This document shows positions 1-12,977 of a stretch of DNA of 64,000 nucleotides, one piece after another. How positions within the stretch are numbered: position 1 is the first letter of the stretch; each line of letters starts with the position of its first letter. Under the pieces are notes generated by a model. That model ran no database searches. It was not told the DNA's origin and worked only from the letters and a program-made list of their open reading frames with translations. The translations under genes were made by a program, and so were the position numbers. Source of the DNA: Paraspadella gotoi (lineage: Eukaryota > Animalia > Chaetognatha); NCBI GenBank assembly GCA_051294375.1, contig CM119264.1, forward strand, positions 15,338,196-15,402,195, read 5' to 3'.

Positions 1-800
1 CAATTCCGGTCGCTTCCAAGACCCCTCCGCCTCCCGTTTTCGGTGCATACCTTACTTTTTTAGCCCGGATCGCTTTCGGTTTCGAGTGCACATCGCTTCC
101 TTCTTTTAAAAATTTTACATTTGTTATTATTTATAAATACTCTCTTTAGACATGTAATTCATTGGTAGAATAATTTTAAACAATCTTTTTTGTTAACAAA
201 TAACAAGCAAAATTTTTACTATGAAAAATTGTAAGATTTGTAAGATTGTAAGAATCGTTCGAGTGGAAATGAGTTTAAATGAAAAAAAACAAAAACCTTT
301 TTTCCCTATTTGCTTTTTTCTTTTTTATTAAATATAAATACAAGCTGCATTAATTATTCAATTAATCAATTAATTAATCATCAATCAATTAACTAAACAA
401 CTAATCAATCAAAATCACTTAAAAAAATAATGAATCAATTTTTTTTTATCAATCAATCAATTAAATAATCAATTAATTTATCAATCAACTAAATAATAAA
501 TTTATTTATCAATAAATTATTAAAAGAACCAATTAATAATTAATCAATTAATTAATCAATCAATTAAACAATGTCAGTGTTTATCATTGTCATCTCCAAT
601 GTCGTTGTTGCTTTTGTCCTGGTCAGTGACCTGACAAAAAAACCTAAAAATTAACAGCCTGATATGAATTTATTTTTATTAATCAATCAATCATTCAATT
701 AATCATGATGGTGCTTTCCTCGTTGTCATCATAATCATCCATCAGCGGTAGTCATTTCTTTTGTCATAATGAAAAGACAAAAAAACAAATAAGTTTGAGC

Positions 801-1040
801 TGTGGAAGACGATGCCGCGGAGCAGTTTACCGTCCGTTGCACACAAGGTCCCGAACTTCGGATCGGGCTGTAGTCCGACACTACAGGTGGGTTAGACGCC
901 CCGTCCCGCTTTTACTTGTGTGAATCAGCAGGGCGCGAACCTGAGTCCTTTGGGTTGGGAGGAGCTCGTGCTACCTCCGGCGCTATAGGTGCTGCTGATT
1001 CTCGGACGAGTAGTGGGGTATGAAATACTACCACTCAGAG
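801..1040 (-). mobile_element. tRNA-derived SINE-like insertion carrying a twister ribozyme
   Basis: 240-bp insertion relative to the paralogous empty site at about 55224-55243 (aagtttgagc|taacaatgcc). Box A-like TAGCGCCGGAGG and box B-like GGTTCGCGCCC. Confidence 0.75.
840..922 (-). ncRNA. Type-P5 twister ribozyme behind a tRNA-like head
   Basis: Minus strand: cacacaag taaaa GCGG GA CGG GGCGTC TAA CCC AC ctgtagt-gtcgg-actacag CCCGA TCCGAAGT TCGGG A c cttgtgtg. T1 CCG/CGG, T2 AC/GT. Predicted cut 894/893. Confidence 0.85.
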
Positions 1041-1432
1041 TAACAATGCCAGAACTGATCAGTTAATAAATTATTCAATCAATTAATCAAATATTCAATC
1101 AATCAATCAAAAAAATTAAGCAATCAATCAATTTGTCATCGTCGGGTATTATCATTGTCGTAGTTGCCATCATTAATTATTTAATTAATTAAACTCCTTT
1201 ATCTTTGTTGTACATTGCAAAAATGTATCTTTATTATTTATCCCTGTTGTTTTGTTTCTCTCTTCTCTCTCTCACTCTCTCTCTCTTCTCTTTAACAAGT
1301 TTCACTTCTTTTCATAGGTTTAAAAATTTTTCTCATAAAGATTTAATGATTTAAGGACAATAAAAAAATGAAAAAAATTATATATATAAATTAAAGATTG
1401 AAGAAAAATAATGATATTACAGTTAGTTTTTC

Positions 1433-2658
1433 AGTTTGAGCAAACAATGTCGGATCTGCCTACGAAAATTAATTAATTAATTTTAATATTTAATAATTAA
1501 TTATAAATTTATATACAGCTTATCATCTTCGATGTCCTTAAAATAAAGTAAATGTGACTTATATTTTTTCCATTTAAACTCATTTCCACTGGCCCAATTC
1601 TGTCAAAACTTCTTCACCAACTTTTTTCCTTCCCGCTCACATCTCACATCTCAATCTATTATGGGTTAAAATAAGTAAAAAGAGTCAAGTAAATGTGACT
1701 CATATTTTTTTCATTTAAACTCCTTTCCACTCGTACCGAAACTTTAAGCTTCATCACACATTTTCCTACCCACACACAAAATTTGAACTAAATCTATCCA
1801 TCCAATTATGATTAATTAGAGTATTAATTGGTTAAAAAAAATAAAAAGATTTTAGTAAATGCGACTTATGTTTTTTCCATTTAAACTCATATCCACTCAC
1901 ACGATTCCGTCGAAACTTTATATCCAGCTTTATCACACATGTTTCCTACCCATACACAAAATTTCATTCCGATCCAACCAGCCAATCACGAGTTATTGGG
2001 GCTTTTTGCTAAGGTGGGATGGATGACAGATTGACTGATTAATTAATTAGTGATTGATTAATTGACTAATTGATTAATTAACTGATTAATTATTTTATTT
2101 ATTAATACATCCTGCATATACATTTAATATAAAAGGAAAAAAAATCAATCAATTAGTGAAACAGGTTTTTTTGTTTTTTTCCATTTAAACTCATTTCCAC
2201 TCAAACGATTCCATCGAAACTTGGTTTCCTGTTCAATCACACACTTTTCTACTCGCATACAAAATTCCAGGTCAATCGCCCCATCCACTCATGAGCAATT
2301 GGTATTCAAATAGTGAAATTTATTTTTTTATTTTTTCCATTTAAACTCATTTCCACTCGGACGATTCCATCGAAACTTCATATACAGCTCATTCACACAC
2401 TTCCCTACCCACACACAAAATTTCATTCCAATTCTCATCCATCCAATCACGAGTAATTGGTGTTTTTGCTAAGGTGGGATTGACGGACGGACAGATGGAC
2501 AGACGGATGGATGGACATTTTTTTTGCATAATTTATCATAATTCGATGTTCTGACATGATATAAGTTAGTGCCCGACAATATTGAGGGGGCAGACCGACG
2601 GACCGACAAAGTGAATTATAGAGTCGGGATCTGCTTATAAGCATATCCGACTAAAAAG
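1433..2658 (-). mobile_element. HINE family 1 copy
   Basis: 3' end at about 1433 and 5' palindrome at 2622-2653. Confidence 0.7.
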
Positions 2659-3587
2659 GCGATCTATAATTTGGAACGCCGACGACGACGACAACGCCGA
2701 CGCCCCTTATGCGCAAAAGTGTTACAATATCGTCGCAAACGCTTAGCGATTGCGACAATAAAAATTATACTTTCATATAATAACTTTTTGCAAGGAATCC
2801 AAATCCAATCTTAAAATTCAAAAATTTGTATTTTGATATTTTAGCTATTATATACTTATTACTATATATAAATTTAGCTCACTGGTGCCCACTAATGTAT
2901 GAAATTAAAAAATTAATTTACTAAAGTATTTTTAATGGTTTTTATTTTCACGTTTTATATGCTAAATTTTAATTTTCTAGAATTTTCACATCATTCTAAT
3001 GCTTATAGGCGGGGTGAACCTAGGCAATGCCCGACTACCAACTTGTATAATTTGGTCAACTGACATAATTTGATAAATCAATCAATCAATCAGAGAGAGA
3101 TAAAGAGAAACTTTTAAAAATTGACCACGATTCCATCGAAACTTCATATCCAGCTCAATCACACACTTCCCTACCCACACAAAAAATTTCATTCCAATCC
3201 ATCCATCCAATCACGAGTAATTGGAGTTTTTTGCTAAGGTGGGACAGACAGACAGTCATCTTTTTTTTTGCATAATCTATCATAATTCGATATTCTGACA
3301 TGATATATGTGAATGCTCGACAAGATTGAGGGGGTGGACCGACGGACCGATAGTGAATTATAGAGTCGGGATCTGCTTATAAGCATATCCGACTAAAAAG
3401 TGACTTACCGACCAAACTATGGGGATGGACCAACAAAGTGGATTATAGAGCCGGAATCTGAGATAGGCAGATCTGGCTAAAAACCTGTAACTATTCATCA
3501 ACCCCCTTACTTCATAAGGCACATAACCACCGTTTTGGGTATCACAAAATTTGTCATATGAAATTGGTTAATTATATAATTACTCAC

Positions 3588-3790
3588 CGTAATTCTTTGA
3601 TGTCTCTATTCCTTTGACGGGTTCCATGCTGGTTTTTTACATTAAAAATCAAATCGATCTCGTCTCTCACGTCTTTAGCCAAAAGTCCATCATCGCTATT
3701 GGACACCAATGCATCAAGGCTTATATCATGGAGACGAGAGTTGGTTAGTCGAGCTGGATGTCCAAGTCGCAAAAGTCGAGGATGTTGAGA
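3588..3790 (-). CDS. IGHMBP2: IGHMBP2 exon 7 (gene continues beyond left edge)
   Basis: SQHPRLLRLGHPARLTNSRLHDISLDALVSNSDDGLLAKDVRDEID...IKELR with conserved RLGHPAR; atcag| acceptor, |gtgagt donor. Confidence 0.93.
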
Positions 3791-3869
3791 CTGATATTTG
3801 ATAAAATTATAAACAAGTTTGAGCAAACAATGTCGGATCTGCCCACGATAATTAAGCAGTAGTCAAATA

Positions 3870-3975
3870 ACTCGCATCATTCTTTCTTTCAACTCGCATC
3901 ATTCTTTCTTTCAACTCGCATCATTCTTTCTTTCAACTCGCATCATTCTTTCTTTCAACTCGCATCATTCTTTCA
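3870..3975 (+). repeat. 22-bp tandem repeat, about 5 copies
   Basis: (caactcgcatcattctttcttt)n. Confidence 0.9.
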
Positions 3976-3985
3976 ATATTCATAA

Positions 3986-5238
3986 TTTTTAGTTGGATCT
4001 GCTTATAAGTAGATCCCGACTCTATATTTCACTTTGTCGGTCCGTCGGTCAGCCCCTCAATATTGTCGGGCATTCACATATATATCAGAACATCGAATTA
4101 TGATAAATTATGCAAAAAAAAAAGTGTCCTTCCGTCCATCCCATCTTAGCAGAAAAATCCAATTACTCGTGATTGGATGGATGGATTGGAATGAAATTTT
4201 GTGTGTGGGTAGGGAATTGTGTGATTGAGCTAGATATGAAGTTTCAATGAAATTGTTCGAGTGGAAGAAAGTTTAAATAGAAAAAACAAAAAACCTGTTT
4301 CACTAATTGATTATGATTTTTTTCTTTTTATAATAAATGTAAATGCAAGATGTATTAATTAATCAAATAATCAGCTAATTAAATAAATTAATTATTTTTC
4401 TACTAATTAATTATTCAATTAATTATTCAATTAATTTATAAAATAATTATTTAATCAATCAATCAAGTCAATTGTTATTGACATTATTGTCATCGATGCC
4501 ATCATCGTCGTCGTTCCTTTGGTTGAGGTAAGTGACCAAAAGACCTAAAAATAAACATTTTGGATCAAATTAAATAATTTATTAACTACCGCTAATGATC
4601 GTGCAAGTGGAAATGAGTAAATGGAAAAAACAAAAGTCATATTTACTTTAAGCATTTTTTCTTATATTTACTAATAATTATTATATTTATTAAAAATTGG
4701 TTATATAAATTAAAATGAAATTTTGTGTATGGGTAGTAAACTATGAGATTAAGCTGGTTATAAGTTTTTGATGGAATCGTAGGAGAGGAAAAGAGTTTAA
4801 AACAGAAAACCAAAAGACACATTTATGTCAATTTTAAAAAGTTTCTCTCTATCTCGCTTTGATTGATTGATAGATTGACCAAATTATGTTAGTTGACCAA
4901 ATTTTGCAGTTGTGCAAATTATGTCAGTTGAGCAAATTATGCGAGTTGACCAAATTATGTCAATTGACCAAACTTTGTCAGTTGATTTAATTATGCAAGT
5001 TGATTAAATTATGAAAGTTGACCCAAATTATGCAAGTTGGTATTAGCACAGCTACTGGTAATGATTGATAGATCAATTGATTTATAGATTTTTTCATAGA
5101 TTTATAAAAGAAGTCTGTTATGATTTGTTATAATTACAAATTGATAGTCAGAAAAATTACTATGATTTATCATCGGATTAGCTTATTACCGCTTAATTAT
5201 CGTAGGCAGATCCGACATTGTTTGCCCCAACTTGTTTT
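3986..5238 (+). mobile_element. Helentron-derived non-autonomous element (HINE/DINE-1-like) family 1
   Basis: 5' subTIR plus inverted copy (gt.ggatctgc...g.agatcccgac), GTCC-type microsatellite, 3' subTIR gcagatccgac plus short hairpin ending cttgttt, T-rich flanks. Many more copies in the window. Confidence 0.75.
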
Positions 5239-5485
5239 AGCTTGCATCATTTTTTTCAAATTGCATAAATAATAAAAATTTAAGTCAACTTGACTTTGGT
5301 TTTTCAAACTCATTTCCACTCCTAGATTCCATCCAGACGGACGGACATCGGTTTTTTTGCATAATTTATCATAATTCGATGTTCTGACATGATATAAGAG
5401 AATGCCCAACAAGATTTAGGGGGGACCGAAAAAGTGAATTATAGAGTCGGAATCTGCTTATAAGCAGATCCGACTAAAAACCTAC

Positions 5486-5646
5486 AGATTGAGCATTGCC
5501 ATTACAAGTAACCTGCTTCGATGCAAACATAAGCTTTTCAGCAAGGTTGTCAACCGCGACGTTGGATGGGGCGCAACATAGAATTTTTTGCTTCTGTCGA
5601 ACAAGTTGAAGAATAACCTCGGTAATTGTAGTTGTTTTTCCAGTTC
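5486..5646 (-). CDS. IGHMBP2: IGHMBP2 exon 6
   Basis: [39 protein letters not shown] (Walker A end plus motif Ia). Two in-phase donors are possible (exon end 5513 or 5486). Confidence 0.95.
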
Positions 5647-6994
5647 CTGTAAGTATATTTTAAAAAAAATCTAAAAAGTAATAATCATGTTTCTTTTACT
5701 ATTGTTGCATTTTAACAAAACAAGAATGAAAATTCCAAGGTGTGTTGCGCCGCAGTATTTTTTTTTATCCCGTGTATCTTGTATCTTCGATACGCTGCAT
5801 TGGAATCTCGCCTTTATTCGTTCGTTTTATTCGCTTAGATTTCAGGTTCTATTCCTGCCTTAAGGCCTGGGATCACTCGCCAAAAGTTATAAATCGTCCG
5901 AGTGGAAATAAGTTTAAATGGAAAAAACAAAAAAATATATTTCACTATTTGAACACCAATTGCTCATGAGTGGATGGGGCGATTGACTTGAAATTTTGTA
6001 TCTGGGTGGAAAAGTGTGTGATTAAACTGGAAATCAAGTTTCGATGGAATCGTTTGAGTGGAAAGGAGTTTAAATGGAAAAAACAAAGAACCTGTTTCAC
6101 TAATTGATTATGCTTCTTTTTCTTTTTATTTTAAATGTAAATGCAAGATGTATTAATTAATCAAATAATTAATTAGTTAATTAATCAAATAATTAATTAG
6201 TTAATTAATCAATTAGTCAATCAATAATTAATCAGTTAATCAATCAAAACAAACATTTTGGATCAAATTAATTGCATAATTAATTAAATAATTAACTTGA
6301 ATAAATTAATTATTAATTAATTAAATAATTAATTAATTACCGATAATGATCGTGGGCAGATCCGACATTGTTTGCTCTCTTACTTTCTCTCTTACTTTCT
6401 CTACAATGAGCGTTTTCCCTTTACTTTTTAAAGAAATTTGCACCCACTAGACCTTCACTTGCATTGCTTTACACAAAATAGCAAATTTTTATATGTTTCA
6501 GTCATAATAATTTAGTCATAAAGCTGTACAAAGGAGCATTTTTAAAAACAAAATAGCAATAATACATCCACCACAGGTTTTAAGATTTTCTTCTGAAACA
6601 AAAGAAAGTCCCATTAAAATTTTGACATTTTCGAAAATTGAAAAATAAAAATTACATTTTTTTATTTAAAAATGTTTGTGATCTACTATTCGAATTTTGT
6701 TTCTACCTGATTTTAATATTTTTGCTACGCCTTACTACACATACAAAATTTCATTTCAATCCAAACATCCAATCACGAGTAATTTGAGATTTTTCTAAGG
6801 GGGACGGACGGATGGACAGACACAGACGGACATCATTTTTTTTGCTTAATTTATCAGAATTCGATTTTCTGACATAATTTTAGTAAATGCCCAACAAGAT
6901 TTAGGGGGCGGACCAAAATAAAATCAGAGGGATTAGTAGATTCTATCGGATTCCCCATTTCTCGTCTCCATTAACGATCGCGTAACCCTTTCTT

Positions 6995-7163
6995 GGGTTA
7001 CTTTTACTTTCGCCGACCGGGGTTAGGGAGGGGTTAGGGTTAAGAGGGTTTAGGGTTAGGGTAATTAAGTAATATTTTTTTAAATTTTTTTTAAACAATA
7101 AGTATTTTTAAGTAGTTTCTCCAAATTCGCCAAAACCGCGGTCGGCGAAAGTAAAATTTAGCC
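6995..7163. mobile_element. 169-bp GG-ended MITE with TTAGGG motifs
   Basis: TIR core ttttactttcgccgacc/ggtcggcgaaagtaaaa, 8-bp TSD cctttctt, several ggttaggg motifs inside. Confidence 0.78.
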
Positions 7164-7681
7164 CCTTTCTTCCTCTTCCGCCTCTTTTCCTCCCTTCGCC
7201 TTCATTCTCATCGAGCGACGACAGAAGGAGCAAAGGGAGAGTTTTAGTTGTTTTGGGGTCTACTTCAGCTCACAATATAACTTTTTTGCCGATTTTTTGG
7301 ACTAAAATTAACTAAAATTAATCAAAATTTGTTCAAACTTGCTTTTTTCACCTAATAAAAACATATTGCATTTTAACCAGCAGATAAATTTCATTTCCTG
7401 GAAAAAAATTATTTGGACATTTTCAGTCCCCCAGGGGTACAGCCATACAGCTGAGAAGTGGAATATCAAAACTAGCCCCGATAGTTTTTTTTGTATCGCC
7501 AAAAAAAATAAAAAATCCGCCAAAATCGTTCAGTAGTTTTGTGCTCGAAAAATCGAAAGCATATTATTAATATGAAGCCGCCTGAATAGAGAGATACAGC
7601 CTACCGCCCATCAAACGTTCAATAAATTTTAAGTTTTTCAATTTTTCACATAAACAAAATATGTTTCACTATCCTTTTAAC

Positions 7682-7893
7682 CTGGAGGTCCATGTATGAC
7701 AGCTACATCCGGTCGACAGAGGGCGAAAGCCACGGCATCTTTTTGACTGGCATCTAAACTTGGGTTGAACCAAACAATGGAATTATTTTCATTATCAGAT
7801 AATTCCGAGGTAAAAAGAGCAGGCAAATCCCGAAGTGGAGCTGGATTGGATTGTTTAAAAAGGACCCTAATCAGTTCTTCCGCTGGACCACGC
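7682..7893 (-). CDS. IGHMBP2: IGHMBP2 exon 5
   Basis: RGPAEELIRVLF...FNPSLDASQKDAVAFALCRPDVAVIHGPPG, the first half of the Walker A motif; tgcag| acceptor, |gttaaa donor. Confidence 0.95.
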
Positions 7894-7898
7894 CTGCA

Positions 7899-7953
<55 letters not shown>

Positions 7954-7998
7954 TTAATTACGAAGGCGGAACAGGTTACAAACTAACAGAAGTCCGGT

Positions 7999-8575
7999 AT
8001 AAATATTGTTAATGTGTTTATTAAAGATCGTGAAAATCAAAGATTTATTTTATAGTTGGAACGCATGAAAGCTATTTTATATTATTCAAATACTATATAA
8101 TGTCAAAAAATTGTCTTAATAAATTTTAATTTTTTTAAACGGATTCAGATAGAGCTTAAAAAGTTAGATGAAGGTTACTAATACAATTTTTTAAATTTTT
8201 TATGATTTATCTATAAAAATTAACAAAAACTATAATATGTAATGCATGTTGAGGATGATGATAATTTATTTAAGGTTTTTTTCAAATTTTAGCCCATTTA
8301 CCATTAAAAGTTATCATCATTCATTAAATTTTATAGTTTTTGTTAATTTTCATATATCAATTTTAAAATTTTAAAAAGTTGTAATAATAACCTTCATCTA
8401 ACTTTTCAAGCTCTATCAGAATCCGTTAAAAAAAATAAAAAATTTTTAAAATATTTTTTTGATATTATATAATATTTGGATACTATAAAATAGTTTCTAT
8501 GCGTTTAACAATAAGCTAAATCTTAATTTTTTTTTAATTTTCACGATCTTTCATAAACATATTAACAATATTTAT
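7999..8575. mobile_element. AT-rich palindromic MITE
   Basis: Long imperfect IR ataaatattgttaat.tgttta..aaagatcgtgaaaat at both ends, extending inward. Confidence 0.65.
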
Positions 8576-8850
8576 GGGGTAGTGCAGGGTAATTCGGAAC
8601 GGGGGTAACACTGACATATAAAAAAAAAATTTATACAATATTTTTTATATGACTCTCCCAAATTATAATTACAGCAATCCATTGCTGCAGCAGCAGCTGC
8701 AGCATCAATTTTAAAACAGTTTGTCAAATTTCGTCTTGGAGTAATCGTCTTCAAGCCTCTGCCATTTGTAATTATATAAAGTTAGGATTATGAAATTGTA
8801 ATACATGATAGAAGAAACACCCAAATATTAAGTAATGTCAAGATTATTTT

Positions 8851-9793
8851 TAAACAAGTTTGAGCAAACTATGTCGGATCTGCCTACGATAATTAAGTGG
8901 TAATAAGCTAACTTGGTCAACTTGCATAATTTGGTCAACCGACATAATTTGGTCAACCGACATAATTTGGTCAACTGGCATAATTTGGTCAACTTTCAGA
9001 ATTCGGTCAACTTTCAGAATTCGGTCAACTGGCATATTTTTGTCAATTGGCATAATTTGGTCAATCAATCAATCAGAGAGAGAGAAACTTTAAAAAATTC
9101 AAATGTGTCTTTTGGTTTTCTAATTTGAACTTTTTTCCACTCCTACGATTCCATCAAAAAATGTATATCCAGCTTTATCACATACTTTCCTACCCACACA
9201 AAATTCAATTTCAATTTATCTATCCAATTTTTAATAAACATAATAATTATGAGTAAATTTAAGTAAAAATACTTCAAGTAAATATGACTTTTGTTTTTTT
9301 CCATTTTAACTCATTTCCACTCGCACGATTCCATCGAAACTTTATATCCAGCTCAATCACACACTTTCCTACCATCATACAAAATTTAAAGTCAATTGCC
9401 TTATCCACTCGTGAGCAATTGGCGTTTAAATAGTGAAATAGATTTTTTTGTTTTTTCCATTTAAACCAATTTCCTTTCGCACGATTCCATCGAAACTTCA
9501 TATCCAGCTCAATCACACACTTCCCTAATCACACACAAAATTTCATTCCAATCCATCCATCCAATCACGAGTAATTAGTCTTTTATGCTAAGGTGGGACA
9601 GACGGATAATTTTTTTTGGATAATTTATCATTGTGATTAAACTTTCTTTCGTTGTGTTTGGGTTATTTGAAATTAAAGACGAAATCTTTTACATCAACGA
9701 TTTATCATAATTAGATATTCTGACAAGATTGAGGCGGACCGACGGACCGACAAAGTAAGTCGGGATCTGCTGATAAGAAAATCCGACTAAAAA
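8851..9793 (-). mobile_element. HINE family 1 copy with 18-bp minisatellite
   Basis: Both ends present; (gttgaccaaattatgcca)n-like array at 8912-9065. Confidence 0.75.
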
Positions 9794-10142
9794 TAAATTG
9801 TAAGAGAGGTTTTGTATAAGTTTATGATACAAAAGACATCAGGCCCTTTCACACTTGGTGGTTACCTTACACTATTGTTGCCTCGAAGTCAAGTCTGATA
9901 TTCTTTTTTTCTTCCATTTTATTGAGTTTGAGATAAGAACAGACAGGTTTATTTTTAATATTTATCGTTTTTAAATGTTAAAAACTGTTTTATTATTTTT
10001 TTAAAATTTATACAAAAAAAACAAAAGCATGAAACAAAACATTTTTAAAGCAAGACAGAGTGATGAAAACTAAAACTGAGATCAACCAATTAAAAATATA
10101 TATTAATTGAATAATATTATATACATGAATTCTTTTAACTAC

Positions 10143-10254
10143 CTGAAATTTTTCAGACAATGCAAGGCATGCTTTAATCTTCGGTAAGTGACATCGTTTG
10201 CGAGCTTCACAATCCTATAATGTGCTTGGCCATCCAGAGCAAAAAGGTTTTTTT
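10143..10254 (-). CDS. IGHMBP2: IGHMBP2 exon 4
   Basis: EKNLFALDGQAHYRIVKLANDVTYRRLKHALHCLKNF contains the conserved KLANDVTYRRLK; AG/GT borders in phase. Confidence 0.93.
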
Positions 10255-10496
10255 CTATTAAGTTAAAAATAATTTTTAGATTAATACATAAGAAAATACC
10301 GCCACATTGTAGAAATTTAATTTCAAACTTTTCTAATTAGAAAACAATGAAACGAAAGGAATATATTACAATTCTTTTTAAAAAATTATTTCATTTAGTC
10401 AAAAATATAAAAAACTATTTAAAATAACGATTTTTAATTTCCAGTTTAATTTTAACCTACTTAATAATTTGGTGGACTAAAATCCACCAACCGTTT

Positions 10497-10558
10497 ATCA
10501 GCGGCCATTGGTGCCGGAGGTAAGTCATTCACCTCCCAACCCAAAGGTCCAGGTTTCT
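10497..10558 (+). mobile_element. Truncated tRNA-like SINE head related to the 801-1040 element
   Basis: atcagcggcc...gccggaggta...cctcccaacccaaagg.ccaggtt aligns with the minus strand of about 935-999. Confidence 0.6.
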
Positions 10559-10659
10559 GTCACTAACACAACAATAATTACTGTCTCTTCAATAACAATT
10601 TTTAAAAAAGATTTATATTTTTTTATTAACTGTTTAGGGGGAATCTGAATCAGAATTAA

Positions 10660-11534
10660 GGGGACCAAGTGACCAGGGGGGGGTAAAAAGCTGAAAGCAT
10701 AACATTGACCCTTTAACTTAAGCTGGTTCTGACCATATAACTTTTTCTTCTATAATCATTTAGGAAAGTAGTTAAAAAATTCGATATAATCAGCGAGCTT
10801 AATTTTCTTTTAAAAATCGGTAAGAAGAAAATCTTTTTCAAGTTTTTAATTTTTTTTCCAAAAAAGGGTAAGATCTAATTTTAAAAAGATCTTCAGCTTT
10901 TATCATAAAAATTTATAACAAAAAAAACTAGGAAAGAATCAAAATTTAGGGTATCGACTGATTTTATTTAAACTTTCTTTTCAAATGATTCTGTTAATTG
11001 GATAAAAATAAAACTCTTTGAAGTAATATAAATATAAAAAAAAGAGAAGATTCTGTACTTTTGCTAAATTTTAATTGTTAAAATTAGGAATCAATATAGT
11101 TTAATAATATATTTAAGGATGAATATGAATATTAATTAATAGTTATTACAGTTTTGTTTCTGTAAGAATAGAATTTAGGTTTGATTTTTCTGCTTTTAAG
11201 TAAATATAAAAAGAAAAAAATATTAGTCTTGTAAAGCCTTTGTTCAATGAGGCTTAAACCTAAAATAATAGCTTTGTACAGTAAAAAAGAAAAATTTGGA
11301 ATTTAGTAAAAAGTACTTTCTAATGCAAAAATAAAATAATGGATTATATAAATATTTAGGTAGGGTCAACTAAATTTTTTTAAATAATTTTTAAATTTTT
11401 GTTTCCGCTACAATAAGAGATAGGAATTTTTTCGCCACTTTCCCGTGCAAAGAAAAATTAATGACTATCACCATTCAAATTCCTTTGATGATAGACCCTT
11501 AAGCTTATGATATCATTTTTATCACTGGGTCCCC
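10660..11534 (+). mobile_element. TTAA-targeting MITE (Kolobok-like)
   Basis: TIR ggggacc(a/c)agtga flanked by TTAA on both sides. Confidence 0.82.
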
Positions 11535-11580
11535 TTAAAAAAAATTGAAATTTTGATATTATTTAAGGGTAGTACTATAG

Positions 11581-12977
11581 TAGGAAGCCGTTATAGAAAA
11601 AGAAGCCAGTGACTTTTTTCTTATATTTTTATATCGATAGAAGTGGAATGACGGGAATATTGTAAATCTCAAGTTTCGCTTTAATCGGACCTCACATTGT
11701 GGAGAAATCTTAGGAAACCAATCAAAATTCCAACCCTTTTTTCCAACATTCTCGCCTTTTAAGATTTTCGCCGATTCTGATTTCCTCTTACAAACTTATA
11801 ATTCCGCTAGTTAATTTTTTTTTCTTAAACGAGTGAAGGGAATCCACAACTTTCTGTTATTTTATGATTTCTGGGTAAAAAATATAATAAATTACATTAA
11901 CATTGGGATATTATGAAAGTATAATGTCTTGTGAAGCCTGTGAGAGTTAAATAATTAAAAAATTCGCCTATTTTATTATTGAAAAAATAACAGTAAAGTA
12001 AAGAAGTTGAATGTCTTCCGGCTCATTTCAGTAAACATCCCTGTTCTCTAGCATAAAATAATGTTTACTTTTTGCTGGTGGAAAAGAAAGATAAATACTT
12101 AGGCTGTGATGGGGTGAATAATATTTTGTAGAATTTTGTAAGCATGCTTGTAAAATCAGACAAGCAAATATTTAAGTGACAAAAAATTCACATTTTCTTT
12201 ATGCAAAAAACTTTAAAGTTTTACTAGAGTACAATTTAGCCTTTTTTCTTTAAGAATCATTAAAAAGAATTAAATTTTCATTTATTCTTATGGGGTATCA
12301 TTAGTTTTAAAAATTCATTATAATTTTGACTTAGTTTGACACTCACCCTGTAAGGAGGTTTCAGCATAAGTAATTCTAAAATTGTATCTTGTATGTACCC
12401 TATGATTATGGCTTCATTTTGGTACTATTACCATCCCTTTATCTTTATTCCTTCAAAAGATATTAGGAAAAATCAGTTTTTTTCTCAACCTTCCTTTTAA
12501 TTTATTTTTAAATAAAAATTTCGCGATTCAAACCGGACTATTTCATTTAAACCTGATCATTTTATGTCAAAATCATTATAAAATGAAAAAAGAAAAATAG
12601 GACAAGCTCTTCAGACACAAAGCTATCAGAATCGCGAAATTCGAAGTCGCTCATGTAACAGGAACATATAGCAATCCCGTTTGCAATTTTAAGTTTGTAA
12701 ACTTTCCCTTTCATTTCTATAGCAAAAATGAGGTTTGAAAATTCTCCGGAGATAAGTAGTGCATTTCCCCTGGCTTGTTTGATATTAAATCCTTTATCAA
12801 ATGCCATAAAACGAATAGGACAAGCTCTTCAGATGCAACGCTCTCGGAATCGTGCGTTTTTACAAGTTTTTTTAACCGAATTTCTGGCAAACGCGTTTGC
12901 AATTTGGGTAGTCAGATTTGAACGGAATTCTCTATTAGAAAAATGTTGAATTTTTTTTAAGCGAGATTCTTCGTCTA
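11581..12977 (+). mobile_element. 1.4-kb non-autonomous DNA transposon with 7-bp TSD (hATw-like)
   Basis: TAG...CTA ends, TSD actatag; near-identical copies at 43968-45361 and 60890-61893. Confidence 0.85.

Larger units (their letters stand above)
1..1200 (+). repeat. Dispersed repeat copy homologous to 54521-55330
   Basis: Collinear similarity; this copy carries the extra twister-SINE insertion. Confidence 0.8.

Noticed and set aside
5830-5880. GA..AGGCCTTAA motif on the minus strand
   Set aside because: Spacing is off by one and there is no complementary L4, so the pseudoknots cannot form.
8850-9128. ORFs with hexapeptide repeats (VDQIMP / NLVNRH), also 34458-34661
   Set aside because: Translation of an 18-bp minisatellite inside HINE elements; open on both strands because the period is a multiple of 3.
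9841-9858. Twister-like 5' fragment aagtgtgaaagggcct (minus strand)
   Set aside because: Lacks UAA and the whole P4/L4 half; too short to call.
12562-12949. Recurrent ORFs (MAFDKGFNIKQ...) in three places
   Set aside because: They recur only because they lie in near-identical copies of a non-autonomous transposon; no transposase motif recognised.
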